From positions 1 to 62,649 of IMG/VR virus record IMGVR_UViG_3300034101_000324: a stretch of 62,649 nucleotides of DNA. One strand, written 5' to 3'. A program made the translations under genes and the position numbers. Positions 16,125 through 25,731 of the stretch are shown in pieces. The notes beneath the pieces are model-generated. The model worked only from the letters and a program-made list of their open reading frames with translations, searched no databases and had not been told where the DNA came from. How positions within the stretch are numbered: position 1 is the stretch's first letter; the number at the start of each line of letters is the position of its first letter. The stretch is from a virus. Its lineage: Duplodnaviria; Caudoviricetes.

Positions 16125-17623
16125 CTGCTGAAAATCTGCAAAAGCTGAAGCTGGCGCTGCCAAATATGCCGGATAAGGACAAACGGCGTGTGGCGGAGCT
16201 ACTAAAACAGTATCAGAACCAGATAACGCAGAAATTAGGTAAGGATTCGTTCTTAGATTTCATTAATCACGTCTATCCGGGGTACAAAGTAGGTCCCCAC
16301 CACCGCAAATTAGCTCGGATTTTCGAGGAGATTGCGGCAGGTAAGAAGAAACGTGTGATCGTGAACATCGCTCCCCGTCACGGTAAGAGCGAGATGATCA
16401 GCTACCTAGCGCCAGCGTGGTTTTTGGGGAAATACCCGCATAAAAAGGTCATTATGGCGTCTCACACCGCCGACCTCGCCGTTAATTTCGGCAGACGTGT
16501 GCGTAACTTAGTGGGGGCGGAGAATTACCGTGACATCTTTCCTAATGTCGAACTTCAAGCAGACTCTAAAAGTGCTAGCCGTTGGGGTACTAACTTTAAT
16601 GGCGAGTATTTTGCTATCGGTGTTGGCGGTGCTCTGGCTGGTCGTGGTGCTGATCTCTTTATTATTGACGATCCTCATTCCGAGCAAGAGGCTAAGCAAG
16701 GCCGCGCAGACGTATTTGAACCGGCGTGGGAGTGGTTCCAGTCGGGCCCTGTACAACGACTGATGCCGGGTGGCGCGATCATCGTGGTGATGACGCGATG
16801 GAGTAAGCAGGATCTGACCGGGAAGATTGTTGACCACATGACCCGCGAAGAAGAGGCGGATCAGTGGGAAGTGGTGGAATTTCCCGCCATTTTGAATGAT
16901 AACCCCCTCTGGCCTGAGTTCTGGGGTATTGATGAGTTGCTGGCTAAAAAGGCCAGTATGGATGTGCGGTATTGGCAAGCCCAGTACATGCAACAGCCCA
17001 CGTCCGAAGAAGGTGCGCTTATCAAGCGCGAGTGGTGGCAGACATGGTCGGCTGAAAGTCCTCCGCCATGTGAACACATCATTATGTCGCTCGACACCGC
17101 GCAAGAGAAATCCAATCGGTCGGACTACAACGCCCTCCTCACATGGGGTGTCTTCTTTAATGAAGAGGTCAAGAACTACAACATTATTCTGCTCAACAGT
17201 ATCCGCGAGCGACTTGAGTTTCCGGAGCTAAAAGAGCTTGTTCTTGAGCAGTACAAAGAGTGGAACCCAGACACATTTATTGTTGAGAAGAAGTCCAACG
17301 GCGCGGCTCTTTATCAGGAGATGCGGCGTATGGGCGTGCCCATATCCGAGTTCACGCCGGGTAAAGGGCAGGACAAGATATCGCGTGTAAATGCAGTATC
17401 CGATCTGTTCTCTTCCGGTATAGTCTGGGTGCCTGATCGACGTTGGGCTTGGGAAGTCGTGGAGGAATGCAATGATTTCCCATCCGGCACCCACGATGAC
17501 TTGGTGGACGCCACCACCCTAGCCCTCCTCCGATTCAGGCAAGGCGGGTTCATTAGGCTCCCATCCGACGAGCCGGAACCAACTAAGTGGTTTAAGAGCC
17601 ACAAGCGCGAAGGCTATTACTAG
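16115..17623 (+). CDS. terL: Terminase large subunit
   Basis: APRHGKS Walker A, FIIDDP Walker B, SLDTA and HDDLVD nuclease motifs. Confidence 0.96.
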   Translation: MQLTAENLQKLKLALPNMPDKDKRRVAELLKQYQNQITQKLGKDSFLDFINHVYPGYKVGPHHRKLARIFEEIAAGKKKRVIVNIAPRHGKSEMISYLAPAWFLGKYPHKKVIMASHTADLAVNFGRRVRNLVGAENYRDIFPNVELQADSKSASRWGTNFNGEYFAIGVGGALAGRGADLFIIDDPHSEQEAKQGRADVFEPAWEWFQSGPVQRLMPGGAIIVVMTRWSKQDLTGKIVDHMTREEEADQWEVVEFPAILNDNPLWPEFWGIDELLAKKASMDVRYWQAQYMQQPTSEEGALIKREWWQTWSAESPPPCEHIIMSLDTAQEKSNRSDYNALLTWGVFFNEEVKNYNIILLNSIRERLEFPELKELVLEQYKEWNPDTFIVEKKSNGAALYQEMRRMGVPISEFTPGKGQDKISRVNAVSDLFSSGIVWVPDRRWAWEVVEECNDFPSGTHDDLVDATTLALLRFRQGGFIRLPSDEPEPTKWFKSHKREGYY

Positions 17624-17633
17624 GAGAATTTAG

Positions 17634-20174
17634 ATGGCCGTCGATAAAAGTTTGATGCAGGCCCCTCTGGGATTGGAAGCTCTCGCGGCTGAAGAGCCTG
17701 CGATTGAGATCATGGTTGAAGACCCGGAGAGCATGTCTATCGGTATTGATGGCATGGTCATTGAGATGGTCAAAGACGAGCCTCGTGCAGAGGATCATGA
17801 CGCCAACCTCGCGGAATATATGGGCGAGAACGAGTTGCAGAGCTTGGCTTCTGAACTCATCGGAGACTATGAGCAGGATCTTGCTTCACGCAAGGACTGG
17901 TTGGATACCTACGTCAAAGGTTTGAAAATCCTTGGTATCCGATACGAAGAGCGTACTGAACCGTGGCCGGGTGCGTGTGGTGTGTTCCATCCGCTGCTGA
18001 TGGAGAGCGCAGTCAAGTTCCAGTCCGAGACAATTATTGAGACGTTCCCGGCGATGGGGCCGGTCAAGACCAAGATCATTGGTAAAGAGACACCGGAGAA
18101 AAAAGACTCCGCAACTCGTGTCGCTGATGACATGAATTATCAACTGACTGAGAAGATGAAGGAGTACCGCCCGGAGCATGAGCGCCTGCTACTTTCGCTC
18201 GCCTTGGCAGGTAACGCCTTTAAGAAGGTGTATTTCGACCCGTCACTCGGTCGTCAGACTGCGGTTTACATTCCAGCCGAAGACATCATCGTGCCCTATG
18301 GCGCGGCAAATTTGGACACGGCTGACCGTGTTACGCACCGTATGCGTAAGACCAAGAACGAGGTTAAGAAACTTCAATACGCAGGGTTCTATCGGGATGT
18401 AGATCTTGGTGAGCCGATGCGTGTGATGGACGAGGTGGAGAAGCAGAAGGCTGAAGATCAAGGCTTCAGTGCGTCAATGGACGACCGTTTCCAACTCCTC
18501 GAAATGCACGCCAATATAGAGCTTCCGGGGTATCCAGATGTCGACAAAGATAACAACGAAACGGGAATTGCTTTACCGTACGTCGTCACGATTGAGAAAG
18601 GAACAGGGACAATCCTTGCCATACGCAGGAATTGGCGCGAAGACGATAAGCTTAAAGAAAAGCGACAGCACTTCGTCCACTACGGATACATACCCGGATT
18701 TGGATTTTACTACTTCGGCCTTATTCACCTTATCGGGGGACATAGTAAGGCTGCAACGTCCCTCCTTCGTCAACTCATTGATGCAGGAACTCTCTCAAAC
18801 CTCCCCGGAGGACTTAAGTCTAGAGGATTGCGAATTAAGGGAGACGATACTCCGATTGCGCCGGGAGAGTTCCGAGACGTAGATATTCCGTCAGGCGCGA
18901 TCCGCGACAACATTCTCCCCCTTCCCTATAAAGAGCCAAGTCAAACTCTGGCTACCCTAATGGATCGGGTGGTCGAAGAAGGCCGCAGATTTGCTGCGGT
19001 GTCGGATCTCAAAGTTTCCGATATGTCTTCGCAGGCTCCGGTCGGTACGACACTTGCCGTGCTTGAGCGTGTGCTAAAGGTGATGACGGCGGTGCAGGCT
19101 CGCGTGTACTACGCGATGAAGCAGGAGTTCAAACTCCTTGCCACCATTATTCGTGATAACACCCCGGATGAATATTCGTACGAGCCGGAAGTTGGTGATC
19201 GCAAAGCGAAGAAGGCTGACTACGACGATGTTGATGTCATCCCGGTCAGCGATCCAAATGCGTCGACGATGTCGCAGAAGGTGGTGCAGTACCAAGCCGT
19301 ATTGCAGTTAAGTCAGACCGCGCCGCAACTCTACGATCTTCCGTATCTTCATCGTCAGATGATTGAAGTGCTCGGCATTAAGAACGCAGATAAGTTGGTG
19401 CCGTTGGCCGCTGACGCCAAGCCGCGTGATCCCATCACTGAGAACATGGACGTGATGACGGGCAAGCCCGTGAAGGCGTTTATGTATCAAGATCACGAGG
19501 CGCACATCGCTGTGCACATGGCGCTTGGTCAAGATCCGAAGATTGCCCAGCAGATTGGTCAGAACCCGATGGCACAGCAGATCACGGCTTCGCTTCAGGC
19601 ACACATCATGGAGCACGTGGCGTTCCAGTACCGCCGCGAGATTGAGAAACAGCTTGGCGCGGCGCTCCCGCCCTTGCCGCAAGATGATCGTGAAGAGTAC
19701 GACCTGCCGCCTGAATTTGAGGCGCAGTTGTCGCAGTTGGCAGCAGCCGCTGCCGCACGTGTCCTTCAGAAGGATCAGGCCGAAGCGCAGATGCAACAGG
19801 CCGCACAACAGGCACAAGACCCGCTTGTTCAGATGCAGATGATGGACTTGCAGATCAAACAACTTCAGGCGCAAACCAAGGCGCAGCAGTTGCAGATGGA
19901 GGCCCAGATTCAACAGGCCGAGGTTGCACGCAAACAGCAGAAAGACGTTATGGATGCTGTTACCAAGGCCGACGAGTTGGAGCTTCGCAAAGCAGAGATT
20001 TCTGGTCGTCAGCAGCTTGAGGCAGCGCGTCTCGGCGTGGACATTCAGAAAGACAAAGCCGCTATTTCTGCCAAACAGCAGATTGAAGGCGTACGTCTTG
20101 GCCTAGAAATAGGCAAGGCGCGTGATGAATCAGAAATGAGAAAACAGGTTACACCACCTGCACCAAAGGAGTAA
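17634..20174 (+). CDS. Portal protein (P22-like, long C-terminal helical barrel)
   Basis: Follows terL; Q/A-rich coiled C-terminus; size typical of P22-type portals. Confidence 0.88.
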   Translation: MAVDKSLMQAPLGLEALAAEEPAIEIMVEDPESMSIGIDGMVIEMVKDEPRAEDHDANLAEYMGENELQSLASELIGDYEQDLASRKDWLDTYVKGLKILGIRYEERTEPWPGACGVFHPLLMESAVKFQSETIIETFPAMGPVKTKIIGKETPEKKDSATRVADDMNYQLTEKMKEYRPEHERLLLSLALAGNAFKKVYFDPSLGRQTAVYIPAEDIIVPYGAANLDTADRVTHRMRKTKNEVKKLQYAGFYRDVDLGEPMRVMDEVEKQKAEDQGFSASMDDRFQLLEMHANIELPGYPDVDKDNNETGIALPYVVTIEKGTGTILAIRRNWREDDKLKEKRQHFVHYGYIPGFGFYYFGLIHLIGGHSKAATSLLRQLIDAGTLSNLPGGLKSRGLRIKGDDTPIAPGEFRDVDIPSGAIRDNILPLPYKEPSQTLATLMDRVVEEGRRFAAVSDLKVSDMSSQAPVGTTLAVLERVLKVMTAVQARVYYAMKQEFKLLATIIRDNTPDEYSYEPEVGDRKAKKADYDDVDVIPVSDPNASTMSQKVVQYQAVLQLSQTAPQLYDLPYLHRQMIEVLGIKNADKLVPLAADAKPRDPITENMDVMTGKPVKAFMYQDHEAHIAVHMALGQDPKIAQQIGQNPMAQQITASLQAHIMEHVAFQYRREIEKQLGAALPPLPQDDREEYDLPPEFEAQLSQLAAAAAARVLQKDQAEAQMQQAAQQAQDPLVQMQMMDLQIKQLQAQTKAQQLQMEAQIQQAEVARKQQKDVMDAVTKADELELRKAEISGRQQLEAARLGVDIQKDKAAISAKQQIEGVRLGLEIGKARDESEMRKQVTPPAPKE

Positions 20175-20177
20175 TGA

Positions 20178-20366
20178 ATGAGTTATTCAAACGCTCTGGA
20201 ATACCTTGAATCAAAACTCAAGGACGAGCGCACATTAATTGTAGAAAACCTCATCCAAGGCAAATTGGACGAAGGTGAATACAAACGCCTATGCGGGGCG
20301 TTACAGGGTCTCGACCTCGCAATGGGATACATCAAAGACCTTGCAAAGCGTATAGAGGAAACATGA
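20178..20366 (+). CDS. Hypothetical protein
   Basis: AAGGAG SD; EYKRLCGALQGL. Confidence 0.75.
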   Translation: MSYSNALEYLESKLKDERTLIVENLIQGKLDEGEYKRLCGALQGLDLAMGYIKDLAKRIEET

Positions 20367-20740
20367 GTAATATCGATGTTGAAAGAACGCAAGACGAAGT
20401 TAAGAAAGCTAGCCTACTGCCCGCACCCCGAGGATATCGAATCCTTTGTGCTGTACCGCACGTGGAAGAAGAGTTTGAGGGAGGCATTATTAAGTCCGAC
20501 GACACCAAGCGTGTTGAAGAGCAGACAACTGTAGTTCTGTTCGTCGTCAAGCTAGGCGATCTTTGCTACAAGGACGAGGCACGGTTTCCTACCGGCCCGT
20601 GGTGCAAAGAAGGTGATTTTGTTCTTACCCGTCCGTACACGGGCACTCGCGTGGTCATCCACGGCCGAGAGTTCCGCATCATCAACGACGACAACGTGGA
20701 AGCGGTGGTCGATGACCCCCGTGGAATCCGTCGCGCATAA
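20363..20740 (+). CDS. groES: GroES-like co-chaperonin (start ATG 20363)
   Basis: PRGYRIL...GGII...VKLG...KEGDFV...YTGT...IINDDNVEAVV. Confidence 0.88.
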   Translation: MSNIDVERTQDEVKKASLLPAPRGYRILCAVPHVEEEFEGGIIKSDDTKRVEEQTTVVLFVVKLGDLCYKDEARFPTGPWCKEGDFVLTRPYTGTRVVIHGREFRIINDDNVEAVVDDPRGIRRA

Positions 20741-20750
20741 GGAGTGATTT

Positions 20751-21701
20751 ATGGCTAATGAAGAGTATAAATTTCCGGACGAAGTAGAGGCAAAAACCGA
20801 AGCCGCTCCGGAACCAGAATTCAATATTCAGATTGAAGACGATACCCCGGCTGAAGATCGGGGCCGGACTCCGCTGCCTAAAGAGGTAGTTGACGAGCTA
20901 GACAAGGACGACCTTGAGGAATATTCCGACAAGGTTAAGAAGCGTCTCTCTCAGATGAAGAAAGTCTGGCACGACGAGCGTCGTGAAAAGGAGCGTGCTT
21001 TCCGTGAACGGGAAGAAGCCCTACGGTTTGCTCAGATTCGTGAACAAGAGATTAAACAGCTTAAGAGCCGTCTTGGTAATGGTGAGAAGGCTTACATCCA
21101 CGAAGTTACTAAGTCAGCTAATAACGAGTTAGTATCAGCTAAAGATAAACTTAAGCAGGCATATGAATCCGGAGACCCCGGTCTTATTGCTGATGCTCAA
21201 GAGATGCTGACTGACGCTAAGCTTAAGGTTAAGCAATACGAAAATTTCCGGCCCTCTTTACAAGAAGAGGAATCAGTAGTACAACCAAATCTACAGTACC
21301 AAGTACCTCAAGCATCTCAACCCGTCGCGGACCCAAAAGCCGAGGCGTGGAAAGAAAAAAATGCTTGGTTCGGTACAGACGAGGAGATGACCGCCCTCGC
21401 TTTGGGACTGCACGAAAAATTGGTCCGGTCTGGAGTCGATCCGCGTAGCGACGATTACTACGACCGAGTTAACGCGACGATGAGAAAGCGATTCCCCGAT
21501 TATTTCGAGGATGAGCCAACTCAAACGAGGGAGGCCGAAAAGCCTACTCGCACAAAACCAGCCAACGTAGTGGCTCCGGTCACGCGGTCATCCGCGCCAC
21601 GTCAGATTCGTCTGACGCCGACACAGGTCATGCTTGCTAAAAAGCTTGGTCTGAGTAATGAGCAGTATGCCCGTGAACTTATGAAATTGGAGAGCAACTA
21701 A
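20751..21701 (+). CDS. Putative capsid scaffolding protein
   Basis: Acidic coiled-coil protein upstream of the capsid genes; C-terminal AKKLGLSNEQYA helix. Confidence 0.65.
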   Translation: MANEEYKFPDEVEAKTEAAPEPEFNIQIEDDTPAEDRGRTPLPKEVVDELDKDDLEEYSDKVKKRLSQMKKVWHDERREKERAFREREEALRFAQIREQEIKQLKSRLGNGEKAYIHEVTKSANNELVSAKDKLKQAYESGDPGLIADAQEMLTDAKLKVKQYENFRPSLQEEESVVQPNLQYQVPQASQPVADPKAEAWKEKNAWFGTDEEMTALALGLHEKLVRSGVDPRSDDYYDRVNATMRKRFPDYFEDEPTQTREAEKPTRTKPANVVAPVTRSSAPRQIRLTPTQVMLAKKLGLSNEQYARELMKLESN

Positions 21702-21702
21702 A

Positions 21703-22152
21703 ATGGCTGAAAATAGACTCGCACGCGAACTCGAAAATCGGGAATCAGCGCAGCGCACAAAGACTTGGACTCCTCCCCAAACGCTTCCGGCTCCAAATCC
21801 GCAAGCAGGGTGGGTGTTTAGGTATATCCGGACTAGTACTATGGGTCAGGCCGATCCACAGAATACTTCCGCAAAATTCCGTGAAGGTTGGGAGCCTGTA
21901 AAGGCCGAAGATCATCCGGAGTTGATGCACCACACCGATCCGAATTCCAAATTTAAAGGGAACATCGAAATCGGTGGATTGTTGTTATGTAAGGCACCGG
22001 AAGAGCTAATGAAGCAGCGTGATGATTATTACGCCCAGCAAGCAAAGGCTCAGATCCAGTCCGTAGATAACAACTTCATGAGGCTGAACGATGAGCGTAT
22101 GCCACTCTTCAATGAGAAGAAGACAACGGTCTCGTTCGGTAAGGGTAAATAA
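21703..22152 (+). CDS. Conserved head-module protein
   Basis: FRYIR...EGWEPV...GGLLLCK. Confidence 0.75.
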   Translation: MAENRLARELENRESAQRTKTWTPPQTLPAPNPQAGWVFRYIRTSTMGQADPQNTSAKFREGWEPVKAEDHPELMHHTDPNSKFKGNIEIGGLLLCKAPEELMKQRDDYYAQQAKAQIQSVDNNFMRLNDERMPLFNEKKTTVSFGKGK

Positions 22153-22175
22153 ATTCATCTTTTTTGGAGTAATCA

Positions 22176-22841
22176 ATGGCATATCCTACTGTTGACAAGC
22201 CGTATGGCTTGAAGCCGATCAATCTGATCGGCGGGCAGGTGTTTGCCGGTTCAACTCGCCAGCGTCGTATTGCTTCCGGTGCCGCAAGCATCGGTTACGG
22301 CGACCCGGTTCTGTTGACCACCAGCGGCACCATTACTGTCTCCACGGAAACGACTGCTCCCCCCGATGCTGGCTTTGCTGGCGTGTTTCTGGGCTGCTCG
22401 TTTGTGTCCACCGTGACGGGTCAGCCGACCTACTCGCAGGCTTGGATTTCGGGTACGGCGGTGAAGTCTGGTACGTACATTACGGCGTATGTGGCTGACG
22501 ATCCGAACACCCTGTTCAAGGTTGTCGGTGTGACGGCTTCGCTTGTGGTTTCGACCACGGGCGGTTTCGTGTATGAGGATGTTGGTACCAACGTCGAGTT
22601 GGTTGCCAATACGCTTAACACGACAACTAATGACTCGCAGCAAGGCGTTCGTGTTGGTTCCGTGGCGACGACTCGTTCACTGCCAATGCGTATCGTCGAT
22701 GTGGTCGAAGACACGGCGTTTGTTTCGAGCGGAACTACCTACTACCCCGAAGTCATTGTTAAGTTCAATGCCCCGTATACCACGGGTGTTTCGGGTGTCG
22801 TCGTTGGTGGTCACGCTTACAACACCCCGCTCGGCATTTAA
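22176..22841 (+). CDS. Putative capsid decoration or minor capsid protein
   Basis: Beta-rich; PYGLKP...GVFLGC...DDP; directly precedes the MCP. Confidence 0.65.
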   Translation: MAYPTVDKPYGLKPINLIGGQVFAGSTRQRRIASGAASIGYGDPVLLTTSGTITVSTETTAPPDAGFAGVFLGCSFVSTVTGQPTYSQAWISGTAVKSGTYITAYVADDPNTLFKVVGVTASLVVSTTGGFVYEDVGTNVELVANTLNTTTNDSQQGVRVGSVATTRSLPMRIVDVVEDTAFVSSGTTYYPEVIVKFNAPYTTGVSGVVVGGHAYNTPLGI

Positions 22842-22857
22842 TAGGGAGTTCTAAGAC

Positions 22858-23766
22858 ATGGCTATTTCACGCGCACAATTACTTAAGGAACTCCTGCCGG
22901 GCTTGAATGCCCTGTTCGGCCTTGAGTACAAGACCTATGGCGAAGAGCACAAAGAGATCTACGAAACTGAGACCTCTGAGCGTTCTTTTGAAGAAGAGAC
23001 GAAGCTGAGCGGATTCTCCGCTGCCCCGGTTAAGGCCGAAGGTGCCGCCATTGCGTATGACAACGCGCAGGAAGCTTGGACGGCTCGTTACAACCACGAG
23101 ACCATCGCTCTCGGCTTCTCCATCACGGAAGAAGCGGTTGAAGACAACCTGTACGATTCGCTTTCCAAGCGATATACCAAGGCGCTTGCTCGCGCCATGG
23201 CGTACACGAAGCAGGTCAAGGCGGCGTCTGTTCTGAACAATGGCTTCTCGTCCAGCTACGCTGGTGGCGACGGTCAGGCTCTGTTCAGCGCAAACCACCC
23301 GCTTGTCTCGGGCGGTGTCAACAGCAACCGTTTGACGGCCTCGGATCTCAACGAAACCTCGTTGGAAGCGGCTGTCATTCAGATTGCTGGTTGGACGGAC
23401 GAGCGTGGTCTCTTGATTGCGGCGAAGCCCGGTAAGCTCATCGTTCCCCCGGCTTTGATGTTCACTGCCAAGCGCCTCCTCGACACGGAACTCCGTGTTG
23501 CGACCGCTGACAACGACATCAACGCTCTCAAGGCGATGGGTTCGATTCCGGGTGGCTACACCGTGAACCACTTCTTGACCGACACGAACGCTTGGTTCTT
23601 GACGACCGACGTTCCGAACGGCATGAAGCACTTCGTCCGTACCCCGCTGCAAAACAGCATGGACGGCGACTTCGACACGGGCAACGTGCGGTATAAGAGC
23701 CGCGAGCGTTACTCGTTCGGTTGGTCGGATCCGCTGGGCATGTTTGCCTCGCCGGGTTCGTCCTGA
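22858..23766 (+). CDS. Major capsid protein (Mu gpT-like, HK97 fold)
   Basis: MAISRAQLLKELLPGLNALFG...DGQALFSANHP...LIVPP...RERYSFG; strongly biased codons. Confidence 0.93.
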   Translation: MAISRAQLLKELLPGLNALFGLEYKTYGEEHKEIYETETSERSFEEETKLSGFSAAPVKAEGAAIAYDNAQEAWTARYNHETIALGFSITEEAVEDNLYDSLSKRYTKALARAMAYTKQVKAASVLNNGFSSSYAGGDGQALFSANHPLVSGGVNSNRLTASDLNETSLEAAVIQIAGWTDERGLLIAAKPGKLIVPPALMFTAKRLLDTELRVATADNDINALKAMGSIPGGYTVNHFLTDTNAWFLTTDVPNGMKHFVRTPLQNSMDGDFDTGNVRYKSRERYSFGWSDPLGMFASPGSS

Positions 23767-23794
23767 TAGCTTTCTCCTGTAGAGGGTAAGCACT

Positions 23795-23836
23795 GAGGGG
23801 TTACAAGTTCCTAGAGGCTTGTAGCCCCTCTTTTTT
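23795..23836 (+). terminator. Intrinsic terminator after the MCP
   Basis: GAGGGGTTACAAGT/GCTTGTAGCCCCTC stem followed by T6. Confidence 0.85.
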
Positions 23837-23853
23837 AGTGATATACAGTCGTT

Positions 23854-23930
23854 CATCGGGAAAAATTGCTTATCAGACAGCCCCGACTGACGACATGCAG
23901 ACTGATAAGCACAACTCGCATGTGAGGATT
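23854..23930 (+). ncRNA. Pseudoknotted RNA element downstream of the gpT-like gene (possible Mu-gpT-DE motif)
   Basis: 10-bp stem TGCTTATCAG/CTGATAAGCA plus crossing pairs TCGGG/CCCGA and ACATGC/GCATGT. Confidence 0.55.
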
Positions 23931-23934
23931 TGAA

Positions 23935-24168
23935 ATGGCACGTACAACTTTTAGCGGCCCGGTTGCTTCCGACAATGGTTTTATTGGCGTTATTGCTTCC
24001 GACTCTGCCGTTGTTACTAACCTTCTTTGCACGACTCTGACGATTGGCAGCACCAAGCTGACCACGGGTTCAGTATCGGGCACGGTATCGGTTCAGGCCG
24101 GTCGCATCCCGGTTCTCATCGGCAGCACGACGCTCTACATCGGTCTGTACGCCAGTCTCGTCCCGTAA
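23935..24168 (+). CDS. Small virion-associated protein
   Basis: GAGGA SD; MARTTFSGPV start. Confidence 0.75.
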   Translation: MARTTFSGPVASDNGFIGVIASDSAVVTNLLCTTLTIGSTKLTTGSVSGTVSVQAGRIPVLIGSTTLYIGLYASLVP

Positions 24169-24217
24169 GATTTCGTGGGGGGCGTAAGCCCCCTTCATCC
24201 ATTACAGGAGACGGAGA

Positions 24218-24523
24218 ATGGGTATGCAAACAGATGTCTTAGCCAGTAAAGTCGCTGTGGCTGCTGGCAATCTATTGGATCAAAATAGCCTTGTAATTGG
24301 ACGTTCTCGCGTAAAAGCGATTTATATCGTCCCTGATTCGGGTGCTGGCACGGTGACTTTTCGTGACGGTGGCGCAAGTGGCCCGGTCAAAATCGCGGTT
24401 GATACGAAAGCAAGTTCTACCGCACCGGATTACATCCTGATGCCGGGTGAAGGACTGCTCTTCCAAACGAGCGTCTACATCGTTCCGTCAGCCGTAATCT
24501 CGACGATGGTCATTTATGGCTAA
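24218..24523 (+). CDS. Hypothetical structural protein
   Basis: GGAG SD; beta-rich; PGEGLLF. Confidence 0.75.
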   Translation: MGMQTDVLASKVAVAAGNLLDQNSLVIGRSRVKAIYIVPDSGAGTVTFRDGGASGPVKIAVDTKASSTAPDYILMPGEGLLFQTSVYIVPSAVISTMVIYG

Positions 24524-24770
24524 GTCACCGGCTTGGCAACGTAAGGAAGGCAAAAACCCCGCTGGCGGTTTAAATGCTAAAGGCAGGGCTTCCTACAACC
24601 GGGCTAACCCCGGCAAGCCGGGACTCAAGGCTCCGCAGCCTGAAGGCGGTTCTCGTAAGAAATCCTTCTGTGCCCGGATGTCTGGGATGAAGAAGAAACT
24701 GACGAGCGCCAAGACTGCGAATGACCCGAACTCCCGTATCAACAAGTCCTTACGTGCATGGAAGTGCTGA
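24516..24770 (+). CDS. Small basic protein
   Basis: GGLNAKGR...KSFCARM...W motif. Confidence 0.75.
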   Translation: MAKSPAWQRKEGKNPAGGLNAKGRASYNRANPGKPGLKAPQPEGGSRKKSFCARMSGMKKKLTSAKTANDPNSRINKSLRAWKC

Positions 24771-24773
24771 GTC

Positions 24774-25010
24774 ATGGAAATGCTTGTTTGGAACATGGTT
24801 CTGACGGGAATCGTGGCAGTTTTAGGTTTTGTGGTTAAGGAAAAGTTTGCCGAGCTACAAAGACTCGGCATTCTGCTAAATAGGACTCGGGAAGAGGTTG
24901 CGCGTGACCACATCACCCGCGCTGAAGTCCGAGAAGATATGCGTCAACTGATTGACAGATTGGAGAAGTTGGATCAGAAAATTGACCAACTGATTAAAAA
25001 TGCCAAGTAA
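24774..25010 (+). CDS. N-terminal TM + coiled-coil protein
   Basis: Hydrophobic N-terminus; LEKLDQKIDQL. Confidence 0.7.
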   Translation: MEMLVWNMVLTGIVAVLGFVVKEKFAELQRLGILLNRTREEVARDHITRAEVREDMRQLIDRLEKLDQKIDQLIKNAK

Positions 25011-25149
25011 ATCAGGTAAACAGCATCGTTTGATGGCAGCGGTGGCTAATAACAAAGCCTTCGCTAAAAAGGTCGGCGTCCCGCAGTCCGTGGGGCGTGA
25101 ATACGTTAAGGCCGACAAAGGCCGTAAATTTAAAGGTAAATCCAAATGA
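25000..25149 (+). CDS. 49-aa basic protein (not in ORF track)
   Basis: MPSKSGKQHRLMAAVANNKAFAKKVGVPQSVGREYVKADKG... Confidence 0.7.
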   Translation: MPSKSGKQHRLMAAVANNKAFAKKVGVPQSVGREYVKADKGRKFKGKSK

Positions 25150-25364
25150 AAGAGTCCAAGGGAATGATGAAGAAGGAAGTGGCTTTCATGAAGAAGAAAG
25201 GCGCTCCGAAGTCCATGATCCGCCACGAAATGAAAGAGGCGGGCATGAAGAAGGGCGGTATGGCTAAGTCTGGCGGTTCGTTCCGCAAGGCCGCTGATGG
25301 CGTTGCCAGCAAGGGCAAGACCAAGGCGAAGATGGTCAAGATGAACAAGGGCGGGTACTGCTAA
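25146..25364 (+). CDS. Small Lys-rich protein
   Basis: MKKGG and DGVASKGKTK motifs. Confidence 0.7.
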   Translation: MKESKGMMKKEVAFMKKKGAPKSMIRHEMKEAGMKKGGMAKSGGSFRKAADGVASKGKTKAKMVKMNKGGYC

Positions 25365-25729
25365 TGAGCAGCGGACCAAAAACCAGAGGGTCATACGGTC
25401 CCACTAGTCCCCGTGGTCAGGCTGCGGCTCAAAAGCAGGCTGCTGCTATGCAGGCTGTCAAAGACCAAGACATGACCAAGAAAATGCGCGATGCTTACGA
25501 GAACTTCCAAAAGAGCCCCGAGGCCGACACTATCGGTATGAATAAAGGCGGTATGCCTGATCTTACCGGTGACGGTAAGGTAACTCGTGCTGATGTCCTC
25601 AAAGGGCGTGGCGTGTTTAAGCATGGCGGTAGCGTTAAGAAAATGGCTGGCGGTGGTATGGCCTCTTCTGTTTCTAAGCGTGCTGACGGTATCGCCAAGA
25701 AAGGCAAGACCCGCTGCAAAATGGTGTAA
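25364..25729 (+). CDS. Small Lys-rich protein
   Basis: DLTGDGKVTRAD EF-hand-like loop; DGIAKKGKT. Confidence 0.7.
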   Translation: MSSGPKTRGSYGPTSPRGQAAAQKQAAAMQAVKDQDMTKKMRDAYENFQKSPEADTIGMNKGGMPDLTGDGKVTRADVLKGRGVFKHGGSVKKMAGGGMASSVSKRADGIAKKGKTRCKMV

Positions 25730-25731
25730 CT

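Noticed and set aside
22879-23856. 325-aa antisense ORF over the MCP and other long shadow ORFs
   Set aside because: Explained by codon bias of the sense genes; no SD or recognisable motifs.
23887-23930. Hammerhead ribozyme (CUGACGA)
   Set aside because: The GAAA and stem III required after stem II are absent.
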